DNA of 62,128 nucleotides from an uncultured Bacillota bacterium (GTDB lineage: Bacteria; Bacillota_I; Bacilli_A; RF39; UBA660): positions 1 through 62,128 of the forward strand of contig CAMOVA010000002.1 of assembly GCA_946626905.1 (NCBI GenBank), in the 5' to 3' direction. The stretch's first letter is position 1. Each line of letters starts with the position of its first letter. A model generated the notes under the pieces. That model was not told where the DNA came from and searched no databases. It saw nothing but the letters and a program-made list of their open reading frames with translations. Shown here piece after piece: positions 47,614 through 56,525 of the stretch. Both the position numbers and the translations under genes were made by a program.

Positions 47614-47904
47614 ATGGAGATAGAATTTGAATCATTAGAAGAACTTTATAAAAGAATAAGACCTGCACTTCATTGTAAAGTACTTGAAATGAGAAGAGAA
47701 GGATATATTTATATTAAAGAAGAAGATATCTGGAATTTTTTCAAAGAAAAGAAATGGGTAAATTCTAAAGATTTATCACTTTATCAAATGGTTAGTGATG
47801 TTTTAAATGTCGATAATATTCTTGTTGATAAATACTTGAAAGAAAAACTAAATATGCGAAATAGAGTAATCTATTTTGAAGGGAAAGGTGAAGAAAATGA
47901 TTAA
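47614..47904 (+). CDS. comN: ComN/YrzD-like post-transcriptional regulator
   Basis: MEIEFESLEELYKRIRPALHCKVLEMRREGYIYIKEEDIWNFF fits the ComN family. RBS AGGAGG. Confidence 0.55.
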   Translation: MEIEFESLEELYKRIRPALHCKVLEMRREGYIYIKEEDIWNFFKEKKWVNSKDLSLYQMVSDVLNVDNILVDKYLKEKLNMRNRVIYFEGKGEEND

Positions 47905-48370
47905 ACAAAAAAAAGAAAGTAAAAGTGTGTTGGTTGAGTATGATGAAATTTTTGAAGGGCTTAAAATAGCAAGCAGAAAGAAGAATGATGAAATAACATC
48001 ACTTCTATACAATTTATTTATTGATTTAGATCAACCAGATGTTGTTATAAACGATAAAAAATATGTTGGTCTTAAATCAGAATCAAGAATTATTAAATTC
48101 TTAACTAAGGAATTAGTAAGTATTGATAGAGTTAAAGATGCATATGTTAGAGCTTGTTATGAATTCAATCATGAAATGAAAGGTGTTTTATTTAAATATC
48201 TTTCAACTATGACTAGTAATGCAATGATGGGTAAAGATAATTCATATATTCAAGAAGAAATAAAAAATGATGAAGAAGTTTATAATTACATAATGAAATA
48301 TACAACTTATAATGATTATATTGCTCATAAGAAAAAGAATTTAGAAAAAATAAAAAAACTTGAAAAATAA
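47897..48370 (+). CDS. Hypothetical protein
   Basis: ATG at 47897 follows AAAGGTGA and overlaps the comN end. No family recognised. Confidence 0.45.
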   Translation: MIKQKKESKSVLVEYDEIFEGLKIASRKKNDEITSLLYNLFIDLDQPDVVINDKKYVGLKSESRIIKFLTKELVSIDRVKDAYVRACYEFNHEMKGVLFKYLSTMTSNAMMGKDNSYIQEEIKNDEEVYNYIMKYTTYNDYIAHKKKNLEKIKKLEK

Positions 48371-48381
48371 GAAGGTGTATT

Positions 48382-50565
48382 ATGAAAAAGGAAGGAAATT
48401 TAGGTTCTAAGTTTGATGAATTTATTAAAATAGTAAAAACATATATAACAAAAAAAGAAGATATAGAACTTATAAAAAAAGCTTATGTATTTGCTAAAAA
48501 TCAACATTTTGGAATAAAGAGAATGACTGGTGAACCTTATATTGACCATCCTTTAAGTGTAGCCTTAATATTAACTGAAATAGATGCTGATACTGCAACT
48601 TTATGTGCAGGACTTTTACATGATGTTTTAGAAGATACAGATGTATCAAAAGAAACATTAATTAGTGAATTTACAGAAGAAATCGCTAATTTAGTAGATG
48701 GAGTTACTAAAATTAACAGATTAAATTTTGATGGTAACTTAGAATCTAGTGCTATGGTAGCGACTCAAAGAAAAATACTTGTTGGTTTATGTGAAGATGT
48801 TAGAGTTATTATTATTAAATTAGCTGACAGACTTCATAATATGAGAACTCTTTGGGTTCATACAGAAGCAAAGCAAAAAGAAAAAGCCAAAGAAACATTA
48901 GAAATTTTGACTCCAATAGCTCATAGACTTGGAATGAATAAAATCAAAAGTGAATTAGAAGATTTATCACTAAGATATTTAAAACCAAAAGAGTATTATG
49001 CTATTGTAGAACAACTTAATCAATCAAAAGTAGAACGTGATAATGCTGTTGAAGAAATGAAAAATAGTGTATCAAAACTACTTAAAGATAACAAAATTAA
49101 ATTTGAAATAAAAGGAAGAGCAAAAAGTATTTATAGTATATATAAGAAACTAGAAAAAGGACGTCGTTTTAGTGATATATATGACCTGTTAGCTCTTCGT
49201 GTATTAGTAAATACAGAACAAGAATGTTATAAAACATTAGGTATTATCCATTCTAAATATCGTCCTATTCCAAAACGTTTTAAAGATTATATTTCTATGC
49301 CAAAAGATAATATGTATCAGTCTTTACATACAACAGTTTTTGGAGATTTTGGATATTTATTTGAAATTCAAATTAGAACATATGATATGGATGAAGTGGC
49401 CGAAAGAGGTATCGCATCACACTGGGCATATAAAGAAAACAGCGGAGATGGTAAAAGTTTAATGAAAAATAGCATGGAAAAGAAACTACAATTTTTCCGT
49501 TCTATTATTGAATTAAACACTGATGAAGAAAAAGATGAAGATTTCATAAACTCTGTAAAAGAAGATATATTTAATGAAACAATATATGTCTTTACACCAA
49601 GTGGAGATGTTATAGAACTTCCAAATGGTGCTACTCCTATAGATTTCGCCTATAAAGTGCATACTAAAATAGGTGATAAAATGGTTGGAGCAATTGTTAA
49701 TAATAATATAGTTTCACTAGATTATGAATTAAAGAATAATGATATTGTAAAAATAAATACTAATCAAAATTCTTTTGGACCTAGTAGAGAGTGGTTAAAT
49801 ATTGCTCATACAAATCATGCTAAAAATAAGATTAAGAATTTCTTTAATAAAATAGAAAAGAATAGTAATTTAAAATTGGGTGAAGAGCTATTAGAAAAAG
49901 AACTTAGAAAAAGAAAAATTCCTAATAATGAATTCTTATCTAATGAAAATATTGCAAAACTTTTAGAAATTTATAAATTTAAAGAATTTAATGATTTATT
50001 AGTTAGTATAGGTAATAACAATTTACAAGTAGGTGCGGTTATTAATTCTATACTTGAAGAAAATAGAGAAACTAAAGAAGAAATTATACTTAGAAATAAG
50101 GTAAACGCAGTTGTAGAAAAAGCTCATATAAAAAATGATATTTTAGTTGAGGGTGTAGATGACATAAAAGTTAATTTAGCGTTTTGTTGTAATCCAGTAC
50201 CAGAAGATAGAATTGTTGGATATATAACAAAAGGTTCTGGAATAACTGTTCATAGAGCAATGTGTCCTAATGTTAAAGAATTAGAAGAAAGAACTATTGA
50301 TGTTAAGTGGAATAAACAGCCTGATAAAAAATATCCAACTAATATAATAATACATGCTTTAAAATCAGAAGATTTATTATTAAAGATAATTGCTAAAACT
50401 ACTAAAAGTAATGTTAGTGTTAAAAGTATAAATACATATGCAAATGCAGAAGATAATGTATATGAAATTACAGTTTTAGTAGAAACAAAAACTGATTTAG
50501 TAAAATTTATGAATGATTTAAGACAAATGAAGAATATTATAGATGTAGAGAGATTGATAAAATGA
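48382..50565 (+). CDS. relA: Bifunctional (p)ppGpp synthetase/hydrolase Rel
   Basis: HD hydrolase motif HDVLEDT, a RelA/SpoT synthetase core, and TGS and ACT-like C-terminal domains. 727 aa. Confidence 0.9.
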   Translation: MKKEGNLGSKFDEFIKIVKTYITKKEDIELIKKAYVFAKNQHFGIKRMTGEPYIDHPLSVALILTEIDADTATLCAGLLHDVLEDTDVSKETLISEFTEEIANLVDGVTKINRLNFDGNLESSAMVATQRKILVGLCEDVRVIIIKLADRLHNMRTLWVHTEAKQKEKAKETLEILTPIAHRLGMNKIKSELEDLSLRYLKPKEYYAIVEQLNQSKVERDNAVEEMKNSVSKLLKDNKIKFEIKGRAKSIYSIYKKLEKGRRFSDIYDLLALRVLVNTEQECYKTLGIIHSKYRPIPKRFKDYISMPKDNMYQSLHTTVFGDFGYLFEIQIRTYDMDEVAERGIASHWAYKENSGDGKSLMKNSMEKKLQFFRSIIELNTDEEKDEDFINSVKEDIFNETIYVFTPSGDVIELPNGATPIDFAYKVHTKIGDKMVGAIVNNNIVSLDYELKNNDIVKINTNQNSFGPSREWLNIAHTNHAKNKIKNFFNKIEKNSNLKLGEELLEKELRKRKIPNNEFLSNENIAKLLEIYKFKEFNDLLVSIGNNNLQVGAVINSILEENRETKEEIILRNKVNAVVEKAHIKNDILVEGVDDIKVNLAFCCNPVPEDRIVGYITKGSGITVHRAMCPNVKELEERTIDVKWNKQPDKKYPTNIIIHALKSEDLLLKIIAKTTKSNVSVKSINTYANAEDNVYEITVLVETKTDLVKFMNDLRQMKNIIDVERLIK

Positions 50566-51014
50566 GAATATTGGTTCAAAGAAGTAAAAAATCAAATGTA
50601 ACAGTAGATGGAAAAATAGTTGGTAGTATTTCAAATGGATTAGTATTACTTGTAGGATTTAAAGAAAATGATACTATAGAGGATATTAATTATTTAGTGA
50701 AAAAAGTGATTAATTTACGTATATTTGATGATGAAAATGGTGTTATGAATAATTCAATACTACAAAATGGTGGAGATATTCTTAGCATTTCACAATTCAC
50801 ATTGTATGCAGATACCAATAAAGGAAATAGACCTAGTTATATAAATGCTATGAAAAATACTGAAGCAACTAAAATGTATGATTTATTTAATGAAGAATTA
50901 AATAAATATGTTCATGTAGAAACAGGAGTATTTGGAGCGGATATGCAAGTTAATATTGTTAATGATGGACCAATAACAATACTATTAGAAAGTAGGGATA
51001 AAAATGAAAAATAG
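50562..51014 (+). CDS. dtd: D-aminoacyl-tRNA deacylase
   Basis: MRILVQRSK...SQFTLYADT...GPITILL. The canonical rel-dtd gene order is present. Confidence 0.9.
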   Translation: MRILVQRSKKSNVTVDGKIVGSISNGLVLLVGFKENDTIEDINYLVKKVINLRIFDDENGVMNNSILQNGGDILSISQFTLYADTNKGNRPSYINAMKNTEATKMYDLFNEELNKYVHVETGVFGADMQVNIVNDGPITILLESRDKNEK

Positions 51015-52053
51015 ATTGAATTACAAATTAGTAAATATAGCTATTGTTTCACTTATTGTTTATTTGTTATATAGTACTGGTAATTTATGGATAGGTATTA
51101 TCAATAAAACATTTCAAATAGTTTCTCCATTTTTAGTAGCGTTTGCTATAGCATATGCTTTATATCCTTTTTTAAAGTATTTAACTGACAATAAAGTTCC
51201 TAAGAGTATAGCAATCGCAATTATTGTAATTCTACTTTTAGCGCTTATTGCTTTTGTAGTATTCTTAATAGTTCCATTATTATTTAATCAAACAGTTAAT
51301 TTATTAACATCATCAATCTCATTTGTAAAAGATATTTCTAACCAATATGACTACAATTTAGGACCTGTTCAAGATTATTTAACAAATGGTCTTAACGATG
51401 TGGTTATGAATGTTGGTAAATATATTTCTCATGGAGCAATTAATTTAATAAATGTATCATTAAGTGTAATTACAAAAGTATTCTTATGTCTTACAGCTGC
51501 TATATATTTCCTAATTGATATGGAAAGTATAAGAACTGAAATTAAAAAATATTTAAGAACAAAAAGCGATAGAACTTATAATTATGTAAAAACATTAGAT
51601 CATGAAATGAAGAAGTATTTAACAGGTTTTATAAGAATAATGTTTATATCATTATTTGAATATTCAATTGCTTATACAATAATAGGACATCCAAATGCAT
51701 TGCTTTTAGGATTCCTTGCTATGATAATGCAATTAATTCCATACTTTGGTGGTATCATGACAAATATAGTTGCGGCTATAACAGCATTTGTTGTATCACC
51801 AGCACTATTTATAAGAACTGTTATTACATTCTGTATCTTATCTATTGTAGATGGAAATTTAATTGGCCCACTTGTTTATGGTAAAACAAATAATGTAAAA
51901 CCAGTTGTTGTTATTATATCTATAACAGCAGGTGGAATATTATTTGGAATAAAAGGAATTGTTGTTTCATTCCCAATCGCATTAATATTAATCGCAACAT
52001 TTAAATTTTATAAAACAGATATTAATAATAAATTAGTTGATATGAAAAAATAA
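51004..52053 (+). CDS. AI-2E family transporter (PerM/YtvI-like)
   Basis: Eight-TM protein with the family-typical layout. Confidence 0.75.
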   Translation: MKNRLNYKLVNIAIVSLIVYLLYSTGNLWIGIINKTFQIVSPFLVAFAIAYALYPFLKYLTDNKVPKSIAIAIIVILLLALIAFVVFLIVPLLFNQTVNLLTSSISFVKDISNQYDYNLGPVQDYLTNGLNDVVMNVGKYISHGAINLINVSLSVITKVFLCLTAAIYFLIDMESIRTEIKKYLRTKSDRTYNYVKTLDHEMKKYLTGFIRIMFISLFEYSIAYTIIGHPNALLLGFLAMIMQLIPYFGGIMTNIVAAITAFVVSPALFIRTVITFCILSIVDGNLIGPLVYGKTNNVKPVVVIISITAGGILFGIKGIVVSFPIALILIATFKFYKTDINNKLVDMKK

Positions 52054-52077
52054 CTTTACTTATGTAAAGTTTTTTTT
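52052..52077 (+). terminator. Rho-independent terminator
   Basis: Stem AACTTTAC/GTAAAGTT followed by a T-run. Confidence 0.6.
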
Positions 52078-52084
52078 ATTAGTC

Positions 52085-52111
52085 ACTTTCCTAACTTAAA
52101 TGCATATCTTA
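52085..52111 (+). promoter_or_regulatory. Candidate mother-cell (SigK/SigE-type) promoter of cotE
   Basis: AC (52085-52086), 16-nt spacer, CATATCTTA (52103-52111), compared with the SigK consensus AC-N16-17-CATA---TA. Confidence 0.3.
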
Positions 52112-52128
52112 AAGTGAGGAGTGATAAT

Positions 52129-52671
52129 ATGGCATTTAAAGAAATAGTAACGAAAGCAGTTATTGGTAAAGGGAAAAAACATTTTAAAAACAGTTATACA
52201 TTAACAACAGAAATCAAGCCTACAACTGTTTTAGGAGCCTGGGTAATTAATCATAAATTTAAAGGATATAAATCAGGTGATAAAATAGGTGTAGATGGAT
52301 CATATGATGTTAATATTTGGTATTCATATGAAGGAGATAGTAAAACTGCCGTAGTTAATAAAAAGATAGAGTATAAAGATGAATTTAATTTAAAGGTAAA
52401 AGATAATAATGAGGTTAATGAAGATAGTGAAATTATTGTAAGAAGTTTAAGTCAACCAAATTGTGTAAAAGTTAATATAGATGACAACAATAATATAAAT
52501 TTTGATATTGAAAAAGAATTAGGTGTTGAAATAGTGGGGGAAAAGAAAATAAAAATAGCTATAGAAGATGATGAAGAACCTTGGGATTTACTTGATGATG
52601 ATATTACAGAAGATGATTTAAAAGAAATTGATGAAGAAGTAAATACTGATTATATAAAAGACGATAAATAG
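52129..52671 (+). CDS. cotE: Outer spore coat morphogenetic protein CotE
   Basis: MAFKEIVTKAVIGKGKKHF...VLGAWVINHKFKG...YDVNIWYSY...LSQPNCVKV plus an acidic tail. This parallels B. subtilis CotE throughout. Confidence 0.8.
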   Translation: MAFKEIVTKAVIGKGKKHFKNSYTLTTEIKPTTVLGAWVINHKFKGYKSGDKIGVDGSYDVNIWYSYEGDSKTAVVNKKIEYKDEFNLKVKDNNEVNEDSEIIVRSLSQPNCVKVNIDDNNNINFDIEKELGVEIVGEKKIKIAIEDDEEPWDLLDDDITEDDLKEIDEEVNTDYIKDDK

Positions 52672-52702
52672 TCTTTTTCTTTTTAGTGTCAATAAAAAAA
52701 GG

Positions 52703-52731
52703 TTGACACATATAATTAGGTATGTTATAAT
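52703..52731 (+). promoter_or_regulatory. Consensus SigA promoter of rpsP
   Basis: TTGACA, 17-nt spacer, TATAAT, with an extended -10 TG (52723-52724). Confidence 0.6.
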
Positions 52732-52751
52732 TCTAAACAGGAGGAAATATT

Positions 52752-53036
52752 ATGGCAGTTAAATTAAGATTAAAAAGAATGGGAAAGAAAAAAAGTCCAT
52801 TTTACCGTATCGTAGTTGCTGATTCAAGAAGCCCAAGAGATGGTAAGGCAATCGAAGAAATTGGATATTATGATCCAACTAAGAATCCAGCAGATATAAA
52901 AGTTAGTTCAGAATTAGCTATTAAATGGTTAAAAAATGGTGCAGAACCAACTGATACAGTAAGAAGTATTTTAAGTAAACAAGGTATCATGAAACAATAC
53001 CATGAAGAAAAAATGACTAAAAAAGAAGGTAAATAA
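52752..53036 (+). CDS. rpsP: 30S ribosomal protein S16
   Basis: [31 protein letters not shown]. Confidence 0.9.
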   Translation: MAVKLRLKRMGKKKSPFYRIVVADSRSPRDGKAIEEIGYYDPTKNPADIKVSSELAIKWLKNGAEPTDTVRSILSKQGIMKQYHEEKMTKKEGK

Positions 53037-53037
53037 T

Positions 53038-53283
53038 ATGGATTTAGTTGCAGTAACAGAATTTTTAGTAAAAAGTGTTGTTAAAAATCCAGATCTTGTT
53101 TCAGTTAAGCAATATGATGATGAAGATAAAATATCTATTGAGGTATTAGCTTCTTCTGATGATATGGCATATTTAATTGGTAAACAAGGTAGTATTGCAA
53201 GTGCTATTAGAACAATTGTAATAGCAGCATCTTGTAATAGTGAAAACAGAAAAAAAATTAATATAACATTTGATTCATTTTAA
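53038..53283 (+). CDS. KH-domain RNA-binding protein (YlqC family)
   Basis: 81 aa with the GKQGSIASAIRTI KH motif, directly after rpsP. Confidence 0.8.
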   Translation: MDLVAVTEFLVKSVVKNPDLVSVKQYDDEDKISIEVLASSDDMAYLIGKQGSIASAIRTIVIAASCNSENRKKINITFDSF

Positions 53284-53300
53284 TATGAATCTTTTTTTTT
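53272..53300 (+). terminator. Rho-independent terminator ending the rpsP-KH unit
   Basis: Stem GATTCAT/ATGAATC followed by nine T. Confidence 0.6.
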
Positions 53301-53323
53301 GCATATATTTAATTGGGGGTAGT

Positions 53324-54019
53324 ATGTTTTTAAAATTTATTAAGTATTTATTTAAAGATTTTTATTTATTTACGGCAGCTTATTCTAATAATGTTTTTCC
53401 TGATCCGTTAACTAAAGAAGAGGAAGAAAAATATGTGAAGTTATCTCAAGTGGGTGACAAAGAAGCAAGAGCAAAACTAATAGAACATAATTTAAGATTA
53501 GTTGCGCATATAGTAAAAAAATATGATCACAAACGTGAAGATGTTGATGATTTAATTTCTATTGGCACAATAGGTCTTATTAAAGGTGTAGATAGTTATA
53601 AAGACTTACACGGTACAAGAATTACTACTTATTGTGCAAGGTGTATTGAAAATGAAATATTAATGTATTTTAGAGCAGATAAAAAGAATAATAAAAATAT
53701 AAGTTTAAATGAACAAATAGGTTATGATAAAGATGGTAATGAAATTACTTTAATGGATATATTAAAAACTTCAAAGCCTGATTTTGCTTTAGATATTCAT
53801 AAACAAAACAACATAAATTTAATAAAAAAATATTTTAATGTTTTAAATAATCGTGAAAAAGAAATAATAATTAAAAGATATGGTTTAAATAATGAAAAAG
53901 AATTAACTCAAAAAGAAATTGCTGCATCACTAAATATTTCTAGAAGTTATGTTTCAAGAATAGAAAAAAGAGCGCTTACTAAGATGTTAAGGGAATTTAT
54001 AGTTAATAAAAATGATTAA
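53324..54019 (+). CDS. sigK: Pro-sigma-K (uninterrupted)
   Basis: AYSNNVFPDPLTKEEEEKYV and KLIEHNLRLVAHIVKKY match SigK rather than SigE. There is a ~20-aa hydrophobic pro-sequence. Confidence 0.75.
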   Translation: MFLKFIKYLFKDFYLFTAAYSNNVFPDPLTKEEEEKYVKLSQVGDKEARAKLIEHNLRLVAHIVKKYDHKREDVDDLISIGTIGLIKGVDSYKDLHGTRITTYCARCIENEILMYFRADKKNNKNISLNEQIGYDKDGNEITLMDILKTSKPDFALDIHKQNNINLIKKYFNVLNNREKEIIIKRYGLNNEKELTQKEIAASLNISRSYVSRIEKRALTKMLREFIVNKND

Positions 54020-54080
54020 TAAATCTACTTTTGTCGTATTTATTTAATTACTTAAAATAATGTGTTATTAATATAATGAG

Positions 54081-54407
54081 GTGATTAATATAGATGCTAT
54101 ATTTGAGTTTAGAAAAGGTATATTATTTATCCGGCTACTTGGTTCAATAACAAAAGAAACAGTTAATAAGTATTTAGAAAATGTTACTTTATTTATATGT
54201 AATAATCATATTAAAAATATTACTCTTAACTTTAATAGAGTAGAAAAAATTGATGATATAGGAATTAGTTTGATTAATCAGACATATGAAATAGTATCTT
54301 CTTATAATGGTACTATTTATGTAACAGGATTAAATGATATATCAAATAAGATATCTAGAAATATTAATTTAATTAATAATGAGCTAGAAGCATTTAATAA
54401 AGTATAG
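54081..54407 (+). CDS. STAS-domain protein (SpoIIAA-like anti-sigma antagonist fold)
   Basis: 108 aa aligning by eye to SpoIIAA. The DSSG phosphorylation loop reads DDIG. The start codon is uncertain (GTG 54081 or ATA 54090). Confidence 0.65.
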   Translation: MINIDAIFEFRKGILFIRLLGSITKETVNKYLENVTLFICNNHIKNITLNFNRVEKIDDIGISLINQTYEIVSSYNGTIYVTGLNDISNKISRNINLINNELEAFNKV

Positions 54408-54414
54408 GAGGAAT

Positions 54415-55068
54415 ATGACAGAAGAAGAAATAGATAAATATAGTAATCTTATATATTCTATTACTAAATATTTTGATGGATATAAGTATAAAGAAGATTT
54501 ATATCAAGAAGGAATAATAGGTCTTTTAGAAGCTAAGAAAAGATATAAGAAAGAATATAATGTTAAGTTTTCTACCTTTGCTTTCAAATATATATATGGA
54601 GAAATGAGTAAAACGGTAAGAGAAGATAAGAATATAAAATTAGGTAGAAATGTTATTAAACTTAAATTATCAATAGAAAAAGCAAGAGATTATTTAAGAC
54701 AAAGATTATATAGAGAACCTACAAAAGAAGAAATTGCAGATATGTTAAATGTTGATAGTTCAATCATTGATGAAGCAATTAATATGATAAGTAATACAAC
54801 TAGTATGGATAAAACAGTAACTAGTGATAATAAGGAATTAACATATTATGATGTTTTAGATAATGGTAATATGGATTTAAATACTTTAGTAGCATTAAAA
54901 GAAGAACTATTAAAACTAAATGAAAAAGAAAGAGAAATTTTAATGCAAAGGTATAATATGAATTATACTCAAGAACAAGTAGCTAAAAACCTTGGTTTAA
55001 CTCAAGTTAATGTATCAAGAGAAGAGAAAAAAATAAAACAGAAAATAAAAAATAATTTAATTGCCTAG
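54415..55068 (+). CDS. Group 3 sigma factor, SigF/SigG/SigB-like
   Basis: DLYQEGIIGLLEAKKRY, KFSTFAFKYIYGEMSKTVRED, and the region 4 HTH YTQEQVAKNLGLTQVNVSREEKK. Confidence 0.8.
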   Translation: MTEEEIDKYSNLIYSITKYFDGYKYKEDLYQEGIIGLLEAKKRYKKEYNVKFSTFAFKYIYGEMSKTVREDKNIKLGRNVIKLKLSIEKARDYLRQRLYREPTKEEIADMLNVDSSIIDEAINMISNTTSMDKTVTSDNKELTYYDVLDNGNMDLNTLVALKEELLKLNEKEREILMQRYNMNYTQEQVAKNLGLTQVNVSREEKKIKQKIKNNLIA

Positions 55069-55093
55069 AAAATGTCAAATAGACATTTTTTTA
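55068..55093 (+). terminator. Rho-independent terminator
   Basis: Stem AATGTC/GACATT followed by a T-run. Confidence 0.55.
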
Positions 55094-55139
55094 TTTGATA
55101 TATTGTAATTTGTTTGATATTATATAATTAGGTGATAGT

Positions 55140-55544
55140 ATGAATAAAAAAGGATTTACGCTTATAGAATTAATGGCAGTATTAATTATAATATCTATAG
55201 TTGCTGTAATAACTGTAACAACAGTAACTTCAGTATTACAAAATTATTCAGATAGTATTTATAATAAGCAATTAGCAAGTATTAAATCAGCCGCAAAAGT
55301 ATGGATTTCAGAGAATGCTTTATTAGCGCCAACTGGAACAACTGGAACATGTAATTATAAATCTACATGTCCTGAAGAATATAATTCTATTACTGTAAAA
55401 TTAAAAGATTTACAAGATGAAGGATATATAGATAAAGAATTAAAAAACAGTCAAACAAAAGAATTGTTTGATGGCAATAAGATAAAAGTAACAATAACTA
55501 AAAATAATCAAAAACTTGTATATGATTTAGTTGTGGAGGAATAA
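55140..55544 (+). CDS. Type IV pilin-like protein (prepilin N-terminal cleavage/methylation domain)
   Basis: MNKKG|FTLIELMAVLIIISIVAVI, with Gly at -1, Phe at +1 and Glu at +5. There is a Cys pair in the globular domain. Confidence 0.75.
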   Translation: MNKKGFTLIELMAVLIIISIVAVITVTTVTSVLQNYSDSIYNKQLASIKSAAKVWISENALLAPTGTTGTCNYKSTCPEEYNSITVKLKDLQDEGYIDKELKNSQTKELFDGNKIKVTITKNNQKLVYDLVVEE

Positions 55545-55545
55545 T

Positions 55546-56466
55546 ATGAATAAAAAGGGTTTTACATTAGTTGAACTTTTAGCAGTTCTAATAATACTAT
55601 CTTTATTAGCGGTAATATCAGTAACAGCAGTTTCAAAATCATTAAATCAATATAGAGATAGATTATATAACACTCAAAAAGAAAATATAAAATCAGCAGC
55701 ACGTATGTGGGCTACTGATCATAAAGAACTTTTACCAATCGATGATCCAAGTTCTTCAAATACAGTATGCGTTTATCCAAATACTTGTCCACAAAAATAT
55801 TCAGTATTAGCTATAGATTTGGCTAAATTACAAGATGAAGGATATATAGATAAAAACTTAAAGAATGTAAAAAACAAAGAATCTTTAGATAATGCAATTG
55901 TTAAAATTGCTAAAATAGAAGGTTCTAAACAATATGATTATCAATTAATAGTAAAAAAAGAAGTTGTTTATAATGCAGGAGATGTTATTACTGTTAATGT
56001 TAATTCGACTTCTAAACGTGAGTTTGTAGTTTTAGAACCATCAACAAGTATTGAAGGAACAGTAAGAGCAATATTAAAAGCAAATTATAGTACAAATAAA
56101 CAATGGTGTTCTAAAACTAACTGTGATACATTTGATTTAGATAATTTACCAAATAACTGGGATTACGTAAAGTCAGTGTCAACACTTTCATATAAAGATG
56201 TAGAAACTGCTAAAATTAATGGTTCTATTAATACAGTTTATGGTACGGCTCCAGCATATTGGACTATTTTTGGTAATACTGGTAGTTTCTGGATATCTGG
56301 TTATATGGATAATGTTTCTAATGGTAAGTCATTTGATTGTACTATTTCAATAACATGTACAAATTCAACTTGTACAGGTAAAGCTGGTCAAACATTAAAA
56401 GACAGATCTTCAACTAGTGGAGTTAGGCCAGTTATTGTAGTAAGTAAAGATAAAATTGAACAATAA
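55546..56466 (+). CDS. Type IV pilin-like protein with a ~180-aa C-terminal extension
   Basis: MNKKG|FTLVELLAVLIILSLLAVI. The first ~130 aa are paralogous to the upstream pilin (shared LQDEGYIDK). The Cys-rich extension ends GVRPVIVVSKDKI. Confidence 0.75.
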   Translation: MNKKGFTLVELLAVLIILSLLAVISVTAVSKSLNQYRDRLYNTQKENIKSAARMWATDHKELLPIDDPSSSNTVCVYPNTCPQKYSVLAIDLAKLQDEGYIDKNLKNVKNKESLDNAIVKIAKIEGSKQYDYQLIVKKEVVYNAGDVITVNVNSTSKREFVVLEPSTSIEGTVRAILKANYSTNKQWCSKTNCDTFDLDNLPNNWDYVKSVSTLSYKDVETAKINGSINTVYGTAPAYWTIFGNTGSFWISGYMDNVSNGKSFDCTISITCTNSTCTGKAGQTLKDRSSTSGVRPVIVVSKDKIEQ

Positions 56467-56493
56467 GCAATACTATAAGTATTGCTTTTTTTT
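56465..56493 (+). terminator. Rho-independent terminator
   Basis: Stem AGCAATAC/GTATTGCT followed by a T-run. Confidence 0.6.
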
Positions 56494-56525
56494 GATAATT
56501 TGATACAATATTTTTGGTGATTACA

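Noticed and set aside
53324-54019. A possible sigK-interrupting (skin-like) element, or a split sigK.
   Set aside because: The ORF is continuous from the pro-sequence through the region 4 HTH, and no recombinase is nearby.
55410-55854. An identical 27-nt patch (TTACAAGATGAAGGATATATAGATAAA) shared by the two otherwise diverged pilin genes (55410-55436 and 55828-55854), considered as a possible gene-conversion tract or embedded regulatory site.
   Set aside because: All nine codons are the preferred AT-rich synonymous codons for a conserved peptide (LQDEGYIDK). Identity is therefore expected from codon bias plus protein conservation.
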